Positions 29,101 to 49,200 of a stretch of 64,000 nt of DNA are shown in pieces. The stretch comes from Eledone cirrhosa (lineage: Eukaryota): assembly GCA_964016885.1 (NCBI GenBank), contig OZ024740.1, positions 252,278,001 through 252,342,000 on the forward strand, written 5' to 3'. The notes beneath the pieces are model-generated. The model was given only the letters and a program-made list of their open reading frames with translations. It did no database searches and was not told where the DNA came from. Each line of letters begins with the position of its first letter. Positions within the stretch are counted from its first letter, which is position 1. The position numbers and the translations under genes are program-made.

Positions 29101-30650
29101 ACACCGCTCACACCACCAACACTACCAACACCACTCACACCACCAACACTACCAACACCACCAACACTACCAACACCACCAAAACCGCTCACACCATCAA
29201 CACTACCAACACCACCAACACTACCAACACCACCAACACTACCAACACCACCAAAACCGCTCACACCACCAACACTACCAACACCACCAACACCACCAAC
29301 ACTACCAACACCACCAACACCCCTCACCCCACCAACACCGCTCACACCACCAACACTACCAACAACACCAACACTACCAACACTACCAACACCACCAACA
29401 GCATTCACACCACCAACACTACCAACACCACCAACACTACTCACACCACACACACCACCAACTTTACCAACACTACCAACACCACCAACACTACCAACAC
29501 TACCAACACCACCAAAACCGCTCTCACCACCAACACTACCAACACGACCAACACTACCAACAACACCAACACCACTCACACCACCAACACTACCAACACC
29601 ACCAACACCACTCACACCACAAACACTACCAACACCACCAACACCACTCACACCACCAACACTACCAACACCACCAACACCACTCACACCACACACACCA
29701 CCAACTCTACCAACACCACCAAAACCGCTCACACCACCAACACTACCAACACCACCAACACTACCAACACCACCAACACCACTCACACCACCAACACCAC
29801 CAACACCCCTCTCACCACCAACACCGCTCACACCACCGACACTACCAACACCACCAACACCACTCACACGAATCACACCACCAACACTACCAACACCACC
29901 AACACCACTCACACCACCAACACTACCAACACCACCAACACCACTCACACGGCTCACACCACCAACACTACCAACACCACCAACACCACTGACACCACCA
30001 ACACTACCAACACCACCAACACCACTCACACCACCAACACCACCAACACTACCAACACCACTCACACCACCAAAACTACCAACACCACCAACACCACTCA
30101 CACCACCAACACCACCAACACTACCAACACCACTCACACCACCAACACTACAACACCACCAACACCACCAACACTACCAACACCACTAACACCGCTCACA
30201 CCACCAAAACCGCTCACACCACCAACACTACCAACACCAGCAACACCACTCACACCACCAACACCGCTCACACCACCAACACTACAACACCACCAACACC
30301 ACTCACACCACCAACACTACAACACCACCAACACCACCAACACCACTCACACCACCAACACTACAACACCACCAACACTACCAACACCACCAAGACTACC
30401 AACACCACCAACACTACCAACACCACCAACACCACTCACACCACCAACACTACCAACACCACCAACACCACCAACACCGCTCAAACCATCAACACTACCA
30501 ACACCACCAACACTACTCACACCACCAACACCACCAACACCACCAACACTACCAACACCACCAACACCACTCACATCACCAACACCACTCACACCACCAA
30601 CACCCCTCACACCACCAACACCCCTCACACCACCAACACCGCTCACACCA
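13440..30650. repeat. About 7-kb higher-order repeat, roughly 2.5 tandem copies
   Basis: Near-identical ORF-track pairs at offset 6997 (16344/23341, 18455/25452, 18937/25934, 20456/27453, 20866/27863), 6980 (13476/20456, 13886/20866), 6961 (21312/28273) and 7006 (23341/30347). Boundaries approximate. Confidence 0.9.
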
Positions 30651-31239
30651 CCAACACCACTCACACCACCAACACCACCAACACTACCAACACCACCAAC
30701 ACCACTCACACTACCAACACCACCAACACCACTCACACCACCAACACCACTCACACCACCAACACCACCAACACTACCAACACCACCAACACCACTGACA
30801 CCACCAACACCACCAACACCACTCACACCACCAACACCACCAACACCCCTCAGCCCACGAACACCGCTCACATCACCAACACTACCAACACCACCAACAC
30901 CACTCACACCACTCACACAACCAACACAACCAACACCACCAACACCGCTCACACCACCTAAACCGCTCACACCACCAACACTACCAACACCACCAACACT
31001 ACCAACACCATCAACACTACCAACACCACCAACACTACCAACACCACCAACACTACCAACACCACCAAAACCGCTCACACCATCAACACTACCAACACCA
31101 CCAACACCACCAACACTACCAACAGCACCAACAGCCCTCACCCCACCAACACCGCTCACACCACCAACACTACCAACACCACTCACACCACCAACACTAC
31201 CAACACCACCAACACTACCAACACCACCAAAACCGCTCA

Positions 31240-34200
31240 CACCATCAACACTACCAACACCACCAACACTACCAACACCACCAACACTACCAACACCACC
31301 AAAACCGCTCACACCACCAACACTACCAACACCACCAAAACCGCTCACACCACCAACACTACCAACACCACCAACACCACCAACACTACCAACACCACCA
31401 ACACCCCTCACCCCACCAACACCGCTCACACCACCAACACTACCAACACCACCAACACTACCAACACTACCAACACCACCAACACCACTCACACCAGCAA
31501 CACTACCAACACCACCAACACCACTCACACCACACACACCACCAACTCTACCAACACTACCAACACCACCAACACTACCAACACTACCAACACCACCAAA
31601 ATCGCTCTCACCACCAACACTACCAACACGACCAACACTACCAACAACACCAACACCACTCACACCACCAACACTACCAACACCACCAACACCACTCACA
31701 CCACAAACACTACCAACACCACCAACACCACTCACACCACCAACACTACCAACATCACCAACACCACTCACACCACACACACCACCAACTCTACCAACAC
31801 CACCAAAACCGCTCACACCACCAACACTACCAACACCACCAACACTACCAACACCACCAACACCACTCACACCACCAACACCACCAACACCCCTCTCACC
31901 ACCAACACCGCTCACACCACCAACACTACCAACACCACCAACACCACTCACACGAATCACACCACCAACACTACCAACACCACCAACACCACTCACACCA
32001 CCAACACTACCAACACCACCAACACCACTCACACGGCTCACACCACCAACACTACCAACACCACCAACACCACTGACACCACCAACACTACCAACACCAC
32101 CAACACCACTCACACCACCAACACCACCAACACTACCAACACCACTCACACCACCAACACTACAACACCACCAACACCACCAACACTACCAACAACACCA
32201 ACACCACTCACACCACCAACACTACCAACACCACCAACACCACTCACACCACAAACACTACCAACACCACCAACACCACTCACACCACCAACACTACCAA
32301 CATCACCAACACCACTCACACCACTCACACCACCAACACTACCAACACCACCAACACCACTCACGCGGCTCACACCACCAACACTACCAACACCACCAAC
32401 ACCACTGACACCACCAACACTACCAACACCACCAACACCACTCACACCACCAACACCACCAACACTACCAACACCACTCACACCACCAAAACTACCAACA
32501 CCACCAACACCACTCACACCACCAACACCACCAACACTACCAACACCACTCACACCACCAACACTACAACACCACCAACACCACCAACACTACCAACACC
32601 ACTAACACCGCTCACACCACCAACACTACCAACACCACTCACACCACCAACACTACAACACCACCAACACCACCAACACTACCAACACCACTAACACCGC
32701 TCACACCACCAACACTACAAACACCACTCACACCACCAACACTACAACACCACCAACACCACCAACACCACCAACACCACTAACACCACTCACACCACCA
32801 ACACTACAACACCACCAACACCACCAACACTACCAACACCAACAACACCACTCACACCACCAAAACCGCTCACACCACCAACACTACAACACCACCAACA
32901 CCACTCACACCACCAACACTACAACACCACCAACACCACCAACACCACTCACACCACCAACACCACCAACACCGCTCACACCACCAATACTACCAACACT
33001 ACCAACACCACCAACAATACTCACACCACCAACACCACCAACACCACCAACACTACCAACACCACCAACACCACTCACATCACCAACACCACTCACACCA
33101 CCAACACCCCTCACACCACCAACACCCCTCACACCACCAACACCACTCACACCACTCACACCACCAACACCGCTCACACCACCAACACTACAACACCACC
33201 AACACCACTCACACCACCAACACTACAACACCACCAACACTACAACACCACCAACACCACCAACACCACTCACACCACCAACACCACCAACACTGCTCAC
33301 ACCACCAATACTACCAACACTACCAACACCACCAACAATACTCACACCACCAACACCACCAACACCACCAACACTACCAACACCACCAACACCACTCACA
33401 TCACCAACACCACTCACACCACCAACACCCCTCACACCACCAACACCCCTCACACCACCAACACCACTCACACCACTCACACCACCAACACCGCTCACAC
33501 CACCAACACTACAACACCACCAACACCGCTCACACCACCAACACTACAACACCACCAACACCGCTCACACCACCAACACTACAACACCACCAACACCGCT
33601 CACACCACCAACACCACCAACACCGCTCACACCACCAACACTACAACACCACCAACACCGCTCACACCACCAACACTACAACACCACCAACACCACTCAC
33701 ACCACCAACACCACCAACACCACCAATACTACCAACACCACTCACACCACCAACACCACCACACCACCAACACCACCAACACTACAACACCACCAACACC
33801 AACAACACCACTCACACCACCAACACCGCTCACACCAGCAACACTACAACACCACCAACACCACTCACACCACCAACACTACAACACCACCAACACCACC
33901 AACACTACCAACACCACTCACACCACCAACACCACTCACACCACCAACACCGCTCACACCACCAACACTACAACACCACCAACACCACTCACACCACCAA
34001 CACTACAACACCACCAACACTACCAACACCAACAACACAACTCACTCCACCAACACTACCAACACCACTCACACCACCAACACTACCAACACCACCAACA
34101 CCACTCACACCACCAACACTACCAACACCACCAACACCACCAACACCACCAACACCACCAACACCACCAACACCACCAACACCGCTCACACCACCAATAC

Positions 34201-37200
34201 TACCAACACTACCAACACCACCAACAATACTCACACCACCAACACCACCAACACCACCAACACTACCAACACCACCAACACCACTCACATCACCAACACC
34301 ACTCACACCACCAACACCCCTCACACCACCAACACCCCTCACACCACCAACACCACTCACACCACTCACACCACCAACACCACCAACACCACTCACACCA
34401 CACACACCACCAACACTACTCACACCACTCACACCACTCACACCACCAACACTACCAACACCACCAACACTACCAACACCACCAACACCACCAACACCAC
34501 CAACACCACTCACACCACCAACACCACTCACACCACCAACACCACCAACACCACCAACACCACCAACACCACCAACACCACTCACACCACCAACACCACT
34601 CACACCACCAACACTACCAACACCACCAACACCACCAACACCACTCACACCACCAACATCCCCAACACCACCAACACCACTCACACCACCAACGCTACCA
34701 ACACCACCAACACCCCTCACACCCCCAACACCACCAACACCACTCACACCACCAACACCACCAACACCACCAACACCACTCACATCACCAACACCACTCA
34801 CACCACCAACACCGCTCACACCACCAACACTACCAACACCACCAACACCACCAACACCGCTCACACCACCAACACTACAACACCACCAACACCGCTCACA
34901 CCACCAACACTACAACACCACCAACACCGCTCACACCACCAACACTACAACACCACCAACACCGCTCACACCACCAACACCACCAACACCGCTCACACCA
35001 CCAACACTACAACACCACCAACACCGCTCACACCACCAACACTACAACACCACCAACACCACTCACACCACCAACACCACCAACACCACCAATACTACCA
35101 ACACCACTCACACCACCAACACCACCAACACCACCAACACCACCAACACTACAACACCACCAACATCAACAACACCACTCACACCACCAACACCGCTCAC
35201 ACCACCAACACTACAACACCACCAACACCACTCACACCACCAAAACTACAACACCACCAACACCACCAACACCACCAACACCACTCACACCACCAACACC
35301 ACTCACACCACCAACACCGCTCACACCACCAACACTACAACACCACCAACACCACTCACACCACCAAAACTACAACACCACCAACACTACCAACACCACC
35401 AACACAACTCACTCCACCAACACTACCAACACCACTCACACCACCAACACTACCAACACCACCAACACCACTCACACCACCAACACTACCAACACCACCA
35501 ACACCACCAACACCACCAACACCACCAACACCACCAACACCACCAACACCGCTCACACCACCAATACTACCAACACTACCAACACCACCAACAATACTCA
35601 CACCACCAACACCACCAACACCACCAACACTACCAACACCACCAACACCACTCACATCACCAACACCACTCACACCACCAACACCCCTCACACCACCAAC
35701 ACCCCTCACACCACCAACACCACTCACACCACCAACACTACCAACACCACCAACACTACCAACACCACCAACACCACCAACACCACCAAGACCACCAAGA
35801 CCACCAACACCACCAACACCGCTCACACCACCAATACTACCAACACTACCAACACCACCAACAATACTCACACCACCAACACCACCAACACCACCAACAC
35901 TACCAACACCACCAACACCACTCACATCACCAACACCACTCACACCACCAACACCCCTCACACCACCAACACCCCTCACACCACCAACACCACTCACACC
36001 ACTCACACCACCAACACCACCAACACCACTCACACCACACACACCACCAACACTACTCACACCACTCACACCACTCACACCATCAACACTACCAACACCA
36101 CCAACACTACCAACACCACCAACACCACCAACACCACCAACACCACTCACACCACCAACACCACTCACACCACCAACACCACCAACACCACCAACACCAC
36201 CAACACCACCAACACCACTCACACCACCAACACCACTCACACCACCAACACTACCAACACCACCAACACCACCAACACCACTCACACCACCAACATCCCC
36301 AACACCACCAACACCACTCACACCACCAACGCTACCAACACCACCAACACCCCTCACACCCCCAACACCACCAACACCACTCACACCACCAACACCACCA
36401 ACACCACCAACACCACTCACATCACCAACACAGCTCACACCACCAACACCGCTCACACCACCAACACTACCAACACCACCAACACCACCAACACCGCTCA
36501 CACCACCAACACTACCAACACCACCAACACTACCAACACCACCAACACCACTCACATCACCAACACCACTCACACCACCAACACTACTCACACCACCAAC
36601 ACCACCAACACCACCAACACCACTCACACCACCAACACTACTCACACCACCAACAACACCAACACTACCAACACCACCAACACCACTCACACCACCAACA
36701 CTACCAACACCACCAACACCACTCACACCACCAACATCCCCAACACCACCAACACCACTCACACCACCAACGCTACCAACACCACCAACACCCCTCACAC
36801 CCCCAACACCACCAACACCACTCACACCACCAACACCACCAACACCACCAACACCACTCACATCACCAACACCACTCACACCACCAACACCGCTCACACC
36901 ACCAACACTACCAACACCACCAACACCACCAACACCGCTCACACCACCAACACTACAACACCACCAACACCGCTCACACCACCAACACTACAACACCACC
37001 AACACCGCTCACACCACCAACACTACAACACCACCAACACCGCTCACACCACCAACACCACCAACACCGCTCACACCACCAACACTACAACACCACCAAC
37101 ACCGCTCACACCACCAACACTACAACACCACCAACACCACTCACACCACCAACACCACCAACACCACCAATACTACCAACACCACTCACACCACCAACAC

Positions 37201-40200
37201 CACCAACACCACCAACACCACCAACACTACAACACCACCAACATCAACAACACCACTCACACCACCAACACCGCTCACACCACCAACACTACAACACCAC
37301 CAACACCACTCACACCACCAACACTACAACACCACCAACACCACCAACACCACCAACACCACTCACACCACCAACACCACTCACACCACCAACACCGCTC
37401 ACACCACCAACACTACAACACCACCAACACCGCTCACACCACCAACACTACAACACCACCAACACCACTCACACCACCAACACCACCAACACCACCAATA
37501 CTACCAACACCACTCACACCACCAACACCACCAACACCACCAACACCACCAACACTACAACACCACCAACATCAACAACACCACTCACACCACCAACACC
37601 GCTCACACCACCAACACTACAACACCACCAACACCACTCACACCACCAACACTACAACACCACCAACACCACCAACACCACCAACACCACTCACACCACC
37701 AACACCACTCACACCACCAACACCGCTCACACCACCAACACTACAACACCACCAACACCACTCACACCACCAAAACTACAACACCACCAACACTACCAAC
37801 ACCACCAACACAACTCACTCCACCAACACTACCAACACCACTCACACCACCAACACTACCAACACCACCAACACCACTCACACCACCAACACTACCAACA
37901 CCACCAACACCACCAACACCACCAACACCACCAACACCACCAACACCACCAACACCGCTCACACCACCAATACTACCAACACTACCAACACCACCAACAA
38001 TACTCACACCACCAACACCACCAACACCACCAACACTACCAACACCACCAACACCACTCACATCACCAACACCACTCACACCACCAACACCCCTCACACC
38101 ACCAACACCCCTCACACCACCAACACCACTCACACCACCAACACTACCAACACCACCAACACTACCAACACCACCAACACCACCAACACCACCAAGACCA
38201 CCAAGACCACCAACACCACCAACACCGCTCACACCACCAATACTACCAACACTACCAACACCACCAACAATACTCACACCACCAACACCACCAACACCAC
38301 CAACACTACCAACACCACCAACACCACTCACATCACCAACACCACTCACACCACCAACACCCCTCACACCACCAACACCCCTCACACCACCAACACCACT
38401 CACACCACTCACACCACCAACACCACCAACACCACTCACACCACACACACCACCAACACTACTCACACCACTCACACCACTCACACCATCAACACTACCA
38501 ACACCACCAACACTACCAACACCACCAACACCACCAACACCACCAACACCACTCACACCACCAACACCACTCACACCACCAACACCACCAACACCACCAA
38601 CACCACCAACACCACCAACACCACTCACACCACCAACACCACTCACACCACCAACACTACCAACACCACCAACACCACCAACACCACTCACACCACCAAC
38701 ATCCCCAACACCACCAACACCACTCACACCACCAACGCTACCAACACCACCAACACCCCTCACACCCCCAACACCACCAACACCACTCACACCACCAACA
38801 CCACCAACACCACCAACACCACTCACATCACCAACACAGCTCACACCACCAACACCGCTCACACCACCAACACTACCAACACCACCAACACCACCAACAC
38901 CGCTCACACCACCAACACTACCAACACCACCAACACTACCAACACCACCAACACCACTCACATCACCAACACCACTCACACCACCAACACTACTCACACC
39001 ACCAACACCACCAACACCACCAACACCACTCACACCACCAACACTACTCACACCACCAACAACACCAACACTACCAACACCACCAACACCACTCACACCA
39101 CCAACACTACCAACACCACCAACACCACTCACACCACCAACATCCCCAACACCACCAACACCACTCACACCACCAACGCTACCAACACCACCAACACCCC
39201 TCACACCCCCAACACCACCAACACCACTCACACCACCAACACCACCAACACCACCAACACCACTCACATCACCAACACCACTCACACCACCAACACCGCT
39301 CACACCACCAACACTACCAACACCACCAACACCACCAACACCGCTCACACCACCAACACTACAACACCACCAACACCGCTCACACCACCAACACTACAAC
39401 ACCACCAACACCGCTCACACCACCAACACTACAACACCACCAACACCGCTCACACCACCAACACCACCAACACCGCTCACACCACCAACACTACAACACC
39501 ACCAACACCGCTCACACCACCAACACTACAACACCACCAACACCACTCACACCACCAACACCACCAACACCACCAATACTACCAACACCACTCACACCAC
39601 CAACACCACCAACACCACCAACACCACCAACACTACAACACCACCAACATCAACAACACCACTCACACCACCAACACCGCTCACACCACCAACACTACAA
39701 CACCACCAACACCACTCACACCACCAACACTACAACACCACCAACACCACCAACACCACCAACACCACTCACACCACCAACACCACTCACACCACCAACA
39801 CCGCTCACACCACCAACACTACAACACCACCAACACCACTCACACCACCAACACTACAACACCACCAACACTACCAACACCACCAACACAACTCACTCCA
39901 TCAACACTACCAACACCACTCACACCACCAACACTACCAACACCACCAACACCACTCACACCACCAACACTACCAACACCACCAACACCACCAACACCAC
40001 CAACACCACCAACACCACCAACACCACCAACACCGCTCACACCACCAATACTACCAACACTACCAACACCACCAACAATACTCACACCACCAACACCACC
40101 AACACCACCAACACTACCAACACCACCAACACCACTCACATCACCAACACCACTCACACCACCAACACCCCTCACACCACCAACACCCCTCACACCACCA

Positions 40201-43200
40201 ACACCACTCACACCACCAACACTACCAACACCACCAACACTACCAACACCACCAACACCACCAACACCACCAAGACCACCAAGACCACCAACACCACCAA
40301 CACCGCTCACACCACCAATACTACCAACACTACCAACACCACCAACAATACTCACACCACCAACACCACCAACACCACCAACACTACCAACACCACCAAC
40401 ACCACTCACATCACCAACACCACTCACACCACCAACACCCCTCACACCACCAACACCCCTCACACCACCAACACCACTCACACCACTCACACCACCAACA
40501 CCACCAACACCACTCACACCACACACACCACCAACACTACTCACACCACTCACACCACTCACACCATCAACACTACCAACACCACCAACACTACCAACAC
40601 CACCAACACCACCAACACCACCAACACCACTCACACCACCAACACCACTCACACCACCAACACCACCAACACCACCAACACCACCAACACCACCAACACC
40701 ACTCACACCACCAACACCACTCACACCACCAACACTACCAACACCACCAACACCACCAACACCACTCACACCACCAACATCCCCAACACCACCAACACCA
40801 CTCACACCACCAACGCTACCAACACCACCAACACCCCTCACACCCCCAACACCACCAACACCACTCACACCACCAACACCACCAACACCACCAACACCAC
40901 TCACATCACCAACACAGCTCACACCACCAACACCGCTCACACCACCAACACTACCAACACCACCAACACCACCAACACCGCTCACACCACCAACACTACC
41001 AACACCACCAACACTACCAACACCACCAACACCACTCACATCACCAACACCACTCACACCACCAACACTACTCACACCACCAACACCACCAACACCACCA
41101 ACACCACTCACACCACCAACACTACTCACACCACCAACAACACCAACACTACCAACACCACCAACACCACTCACACCACCAACACTACCAACACCACCAA
41201 CACCACTCACACCACCAACACCGCTCACACCACCAACACCACCAACACCACCAACACCACTCACATCACCAACACAACTCACACCACCAACACCGCTCAC
41301 ACCACCAACACTACCAACACCACCAACACCACCAGCACCGCTCACACCACCAACACTACCAACACCACCAACACTACCAACACCACCAACACCACTCACA
41401 TCACCAACACCACTCACACCACCAACACTACTCACACCACCAACACCACCAACACCACCAACACCACTCACACCACCAACACCGCTCACACCACCAACAC
41501 CACCAACACCACCAACACCACTCACATCACCAACACCACTCACACCACCAACACTACTCACACCACCAACACCACCAACACCACCAACACCACTCACACC
41601 ACCAACACCGCTCACACCACCAACACCACCAACACCACCAACACCACTCACATCACCAACACCACTCACACCACCAACACCGCTCACACCACCAACACTA
41701 CCAACACCACCAACACCACCAACACCGCTCACACCACCAACACTACTCACACCACCAACAACACCAACACTACCAACACCACCAACACCACTCACACCAC
41801 CAACACCACCAACACCACCAACACCACTCACACCACCAACACTACTCACACCACCAACAACACCAACACTACCAACACCACCAACACTACTCACACCACC
41901 AACACTACCAACACCACCAACACCACTCACACCACCAACACCGCTCACACCACCAACACTACCAACACCACCAACACCACTCACACCACCAACACCACTC
42001 ACACCACCAACACCACCAACACCACCAACACCACTCACACCACCAACACTACTCACACCACCGACACCACCAACACCACCAACACTACCAACACCACCAA
42101 CACCACTCACACCACCAACACCGCTCACACCACAAACACTACCAACACCACCAACACCACTCACACCACCAACACCACTCACACCACCAACACTACTCAC
42201 ACCACCAACACCACTCACACCACCAACACCACTCACACCACCAACACTACCAACACCACCAACACCACTCATACCACCAACACCACTCACACCACCAACA
42301 CTACCAACACCACCAACACCACTCACACCACCAACACTACCAACACCACCAACACCACTCACACCACCAACACCGCCAACACTACCAACACCACCAACAC
42401 CACTCACACCACCAACACTACCAACACCACCAACACCAGTCACACCACCAACACTACCAACACCACCAACACCGCTCACACCACTCACACCACTCACACC
42501 ACCAACACTACCAACACCACCAAATCCACTCACATCACCAACACTACCAACACCACCAACACCACCAACACTACCAACACCACCAACAGCACTCACACCA
42601 CCAACACTACCCACACAACCAACACCACTCACACCACCAACACCGCCAACACTACCAACACCACCAACACCACTCACACCACCAACACTACCAACACCAC
42701 CAACACCAGTCACACCACCAACACTACCAACACTACCAACACCACCAACACTACCAACACCACCAAATCCACTCACACCACCAACACCGCTCACACCACC
42801 AACACTACCAACACCACCAACACCACCAACACCACTCACACCACCAACACTACCAACACCACCAACACCGTTCACACCACCAACACCGCTCACACCACCA
42901 ACACCACTCACACCACCAACACTACCAACACCACCAACACCACTCACACCACCAACACTACCAACACCACCAACACCACTCACACCACCAACACTACAAC
43001 ACCACCAACACCACCAACACCACTCACACCACCAACACTACAACACCACCAACACCACCAACGCCGCTCACACCACCAATACTACCAACACCACCAACAC
43101 CACTCACACCACCAACACTACCAACACCACCAACACCACTCACACCACCAACACTACAACACCACCAACACCACCAACACCACTCACACCACCAACACTA

Positions 43201-46200
43201 CAACAACACCAACACCACCAACACCGCTCACACCACCAATACTACCAACACTACTAACACCACCAACAACACTCACACCACCAACACCACCAACACCACT
43301 CACACCACCAACACTACCAACACTACCAACACAACCAACACCACCAACACCACTCACACCACCAACACTACCAACACCACCAACACCGCTCACACCACCA
43401 ACACTACCAACACCACCTACACCACTCACACCACCAGCACTACCAACACCACCAACACCACTCACACCACCAACACTACAACACCACCAACACCACCAAC
43501 ACCACTCACACCACCAACACTACAACACCACCAACACTACCAACACCACCAAAACCCCTCACACCACCAACACTACCAACACCACCAACACCACCAACAC
43601 TACCAACATCACCAACACCCCTCAACCCACCAACACCGCTCACACCACCAACACTACCAACACCACCAACACTACCAACACTACCAACACCACCAACACC
43701 ACTCACACCACCAACACTAGCAACACCACCAACACCACTCACACGGCTCACACCACCAACACTACCAACACCACCAACACCACTGACACCACCAACACTA
43801 CAAACACCACCAACACCACTCACACCACCAACACCACCAACACTACCAACACCACTCACACCACCAACACTACCAACACCACCAACACCACTCACACCAC
43901 CAACACCACCAACACTACCAACACCACTCACACCACCAACACTACAACACCACCAACACCACCAACACTACCAACACCACTAACACCGCTCACACCACCA
44001 AAACCGCTCACACCACCAACACTACCAACACCAGCAACACCACTCACACCACCAACACCGCTCACACCACCAAAACTACAACACCACTAACACCACTCAC
44101 ACCACCAACACTACAACACCACCAACACCACCAACACCACTCACACCACCAACACTACAACACCACCAACACCACCAACACCACTCACACCACCAATACT
44201 ACCAACACTACCAACACCACCAACAACACTCACACCACCAACACTACCAACACTACCAACACCACTCACACCACCAACACCACTCACACGACTCACACCA
44301 CCAACACTACCAACACCACCAACACCACTCACACCACCAACACTACCAACACCACCAACACCAGTCACACCACCAACACTACCAACACTACCAACACCAC
44401 CAACACTACCAACACCACCAACACCACTCACACCACCAACACCGCTCACACCACCAACACTACCAACACCACCAACACCACCAACACCACTCACACCACC
44501 AACACTACCAACACCACCAACACCGTTCACACCACCAACACCGCTCACACCACCAACACTACCAACACCACCAACACCGCTCACACCACCAACACCACTC
44601 ACACCACCAACACTACCAACACCACCAACACCACTCACACCACCAACACTACCAACACCACCAACACCACTCACACCACCAACACTCCAACACCACCAAC
44701 ACCACCAACACCACTCACACCACCAACACTACAACACCACCAACACCACCAACGCCGCTCACACCACCAATACTACCAACACCACCAACACCACTCACAC
44801 CACCAACACTACCAACACCACCAACACCACTCACACCACCAACACTACAACACCACCAACACCACCAACACCACTCACACCACAAACACTACAACAACAC
44901 CAACACCACCAACACCGCTCACACCACCAATACTACCAACACTACTAACACCACCAACAACACTCACACCACCAACACCACCAACACCACTCACACCACC
45001 AACACTACCAACACTACCAACACCACCAACACCACCAACACCACTCACACCACCAACACTACCAACACCACCAACACCGCTCACACCACCAACACTACCA
45101 ACACCACCTACACCACTCACACCACCAACACTACCAACACCACCAACACCACTCACACCACCAACACTACAACACCACCAACACCACCAACACCACTCAC
45201 ACCACCAAAACTACAAAACCACCAACACCACCAACACCGCACACACCACCAACACTACCAACACCACCAACACCACTCACACCACCAACACTACAACACC
45301 ACCAACACCACCAACACCACTCACACCACCAACACTACAACAACACCAACACCACCAACACCGCTCACACCACCAATACTACCAACACTACCAACACCAC
45401 CAACAACACTCACACCACCAAAACCACCAACACCACTCACACCACCAACACTACCAACACCACCAACACCGCTCACACCACCAACACTACCAACACCACC
45501 AACACCACTCACACCACCAACACTACCAACACCACCAACACCGCTCACACCACCAACACTACCAACACCACCAACACCACCAACACCACTCACACCACCA
45601 ACACTACCAACACCACCAACACCGTTCACACCACCAACACCGCTCACACCACCAACACTACCAACACCACCAACACCGCTCACACCACCAACACCACTCA
45701 CACCATCAACACTACCAACACCACCAACACTACCAACACCACCAACACTACCAACACCACCAAAACCGCTCACACCACCAACACTACCAACACCACCAAA
45801 ACCGCTCACACCACCAACACTACCAACACCACCAACACCACCAACACTACCAACACCACCAACACCCCTCACCCCACCAACACCGCTCACACCACCAACA
45901 CTACCAACACCACCAACACTACCAACACTACCAACACCACCAACACCACTCACACCAGCAACACTACCAACACCACCAACACCACTCACACCACACACAC
46001 CACCAACTCTACCAACACTACCAACACCACCAACACTACCAACACTACCAACACCACCAAAATCGCTCTCACCACCAACACTACCAACACGACCAACACT
46101 ACCAACAACACCAACACCACTCACACCACCAACACTACCAACACCACCAACACCACTCACACCACAAACACTACCAACACCACCAACACCACTCACACCA

Positions 46201-49200
46201 CCAACACTACCAACATCACCAACACCACTCACACCACACACACCACCAACTCTACCAACACCACCAAAACCGCTCACACCACCAACACTACCAACACCAC
46301 CAACACTACCAACACCACCAACACCACTCACACCACCAACACCACCAACACCCCTCTCACCACCAACACCGCTCACACCACCAACACTACCAACACCACC
46401 AACACCACTCACACGAATCACACCACCAACACTACCAACACCACCAACACCACTCACACCACCAACACTACCAACACCACCAACACCACTCACACGGCTC
46501 ACACCACCAACACTACCAACACCACCAACACCACTGACACCACCAACACTACCAACACCACCAACACCACTCACACCACCAACACCACCAACACTACCAA
46601 CACCACTCACACCACCAACACTACAACACCACCAACACCACCAACACTACCAACAACACCAACACCACTCACACCACCAACACTACCAACACCACCAACA
46701 CCACTCACACCACAAACACTACCAACACCACCAACACCACTCACACCACCAACACTACCAACATCACCAACACCACTCACACCACTCACACCACCAACAC
46801 TACCAACACCACCAACACCACTCACGCGGCTCACACCACCAACACTACCAACACCACCAACACCACTGACACCACCAACACTACCAACACCACCAACACC
46901 ACTCACACCACCAACACCACCAACACTACCAACACCACTCACACCACCAAAACTACCAACACCACCAACACCACTCACACCACCAACACCACCAACACTA
47001 CCAACACCACTCACACCACCAACACTACAACACCACCAACACCACCAACACTACCAACACCACTAACACCGCTCACACCACCAACACTACCAACACCACT
47101 CACACCACCAACACTACAACACCACCAACACCACCAACACTACCAACACCACTAACACCGCTCACACCACCAACACTACAAACACCACTCACACCACCAA
47201 CACTACAACACCACCAACACCACCAACACCACCAACACCACTAACACCACTCACACCACCAACACTACAACACCACCAACACCACCAACACTACCAACAC
47301 CAACAACACCACTCACACCACCAAAACCGCTCACACCACCAACACTACAACACCACCAACACCACTCACACCACCAACACTACAACACCACCAACACCAC
47401 CAACACCACTCACACCACCAACACCACCAACACCGCTCACACCACCAATACTACCAACACTACCAACACCACCAACAATACTCACACCACCAACACCACC
47501 AACACCACCAACACTACCAACACCACCAACACCACTCACATCACCAACACCACTCACACCACCAACACCCCTCACACCACCAACACCCCTCACACCACCA
47601 ACACCACTCACACCACTCACACCACCAACACCGCTCACACCACCAACACTACAACACCACCAACACCACTCACACCACCAACACTACCACACCACCAACA
47701 CTACAACACCACCAACACCACCAACACCACTCACACCACCAACACCACCAACACTGCTCACACCACCAATACTACCAACACTACCAACACCACCAACAAT
47801 ACTCACACCACCAACACCACCAACACCACCAACACTACCAACACCACCAACACCACTCACATCACCAACACCACTCACACCACCAACACCCCTCACACCA
47901 CCAACACCCCTCACACCACCAACACCACTCACACCACTCACACCACCAACACCGCTCACACCACCAACACTACAACACCACCAACACCGCTCACACCACC
48001 AACACTACAACACCACCAACACCGCTCACACCACCAACACTACAACACCACCAACACCGCTCACACCACCAACACCACCAACACCGCTCACACCACCAAC
48101 ACTACAACACCACCAACACCGCTCACACCACCAACACTACAACACCACCAACACCACTCACACCACCAACACCACCAACACCACCAATACTACCAACACC
48201 ACTCACACCACCAACACCACCACACCACCAACACCACCAACACTACAACACCACCAACACCAACAACACCACTCACACCACCAACACCGCTCACACCAGC
48301 AACACTACAACACCACCAACACCACTCACACCACCAACACTACAACACCACCAACACCACCAACACTACCAACACCACTCACACCACCAACACCACTCAC
48401 ACCACCAACACCGCTCACACCACCAACACTACAACACCACCAACACCACTCACACCACCAACACTACAACACCACCAACACTACCAACACCAACAACACA
48501 ACTCACTCCACCAACACTACCAACACCACTCACACCACCAACACTACCAACACCACCAACACCACTCACACCACCAACACTACCAACACCACCAACACCA
48601 CCAACACCACCAACACCACCAACACCACCAACACCACCAACACCGCTCACACCACCAATACTACCAACACTACCAACACCACCAACAATACTCACACCAC
48701 CAACACCACCAACACCACCAACACTACCAACACCACCAACACCACTCACATCACCAACACCACTCACACCACCAACACCCCTCACACCACCAACACCCCT
48801 CACACCACCAACACCACTCACACCACTCACACCACCAACACCACCAACACCACTCACACCACACACACCACCAACACTACTCACACCACTCACACCACTC
48901 ACACCACCAACACTACCAACACCACCAACACTACCAACACCACCAACACCACCAACACCACCAACACCACTCACACCACCAACACCACTCACACCACCAA
49001 CACCACCAACACCACCAACACCACCAACACCACCAACACCACTCACACCACCAACACCACTCACACCACCAACACTACCAACACCACCAACACCACCAAC
49101 ACCACTCACACCACCAACATCCCCAACACCACCAACACCACTCACACCACCAACGCTACCAACACCACCAACACCCCTCACACCCCCAACACCACCAACA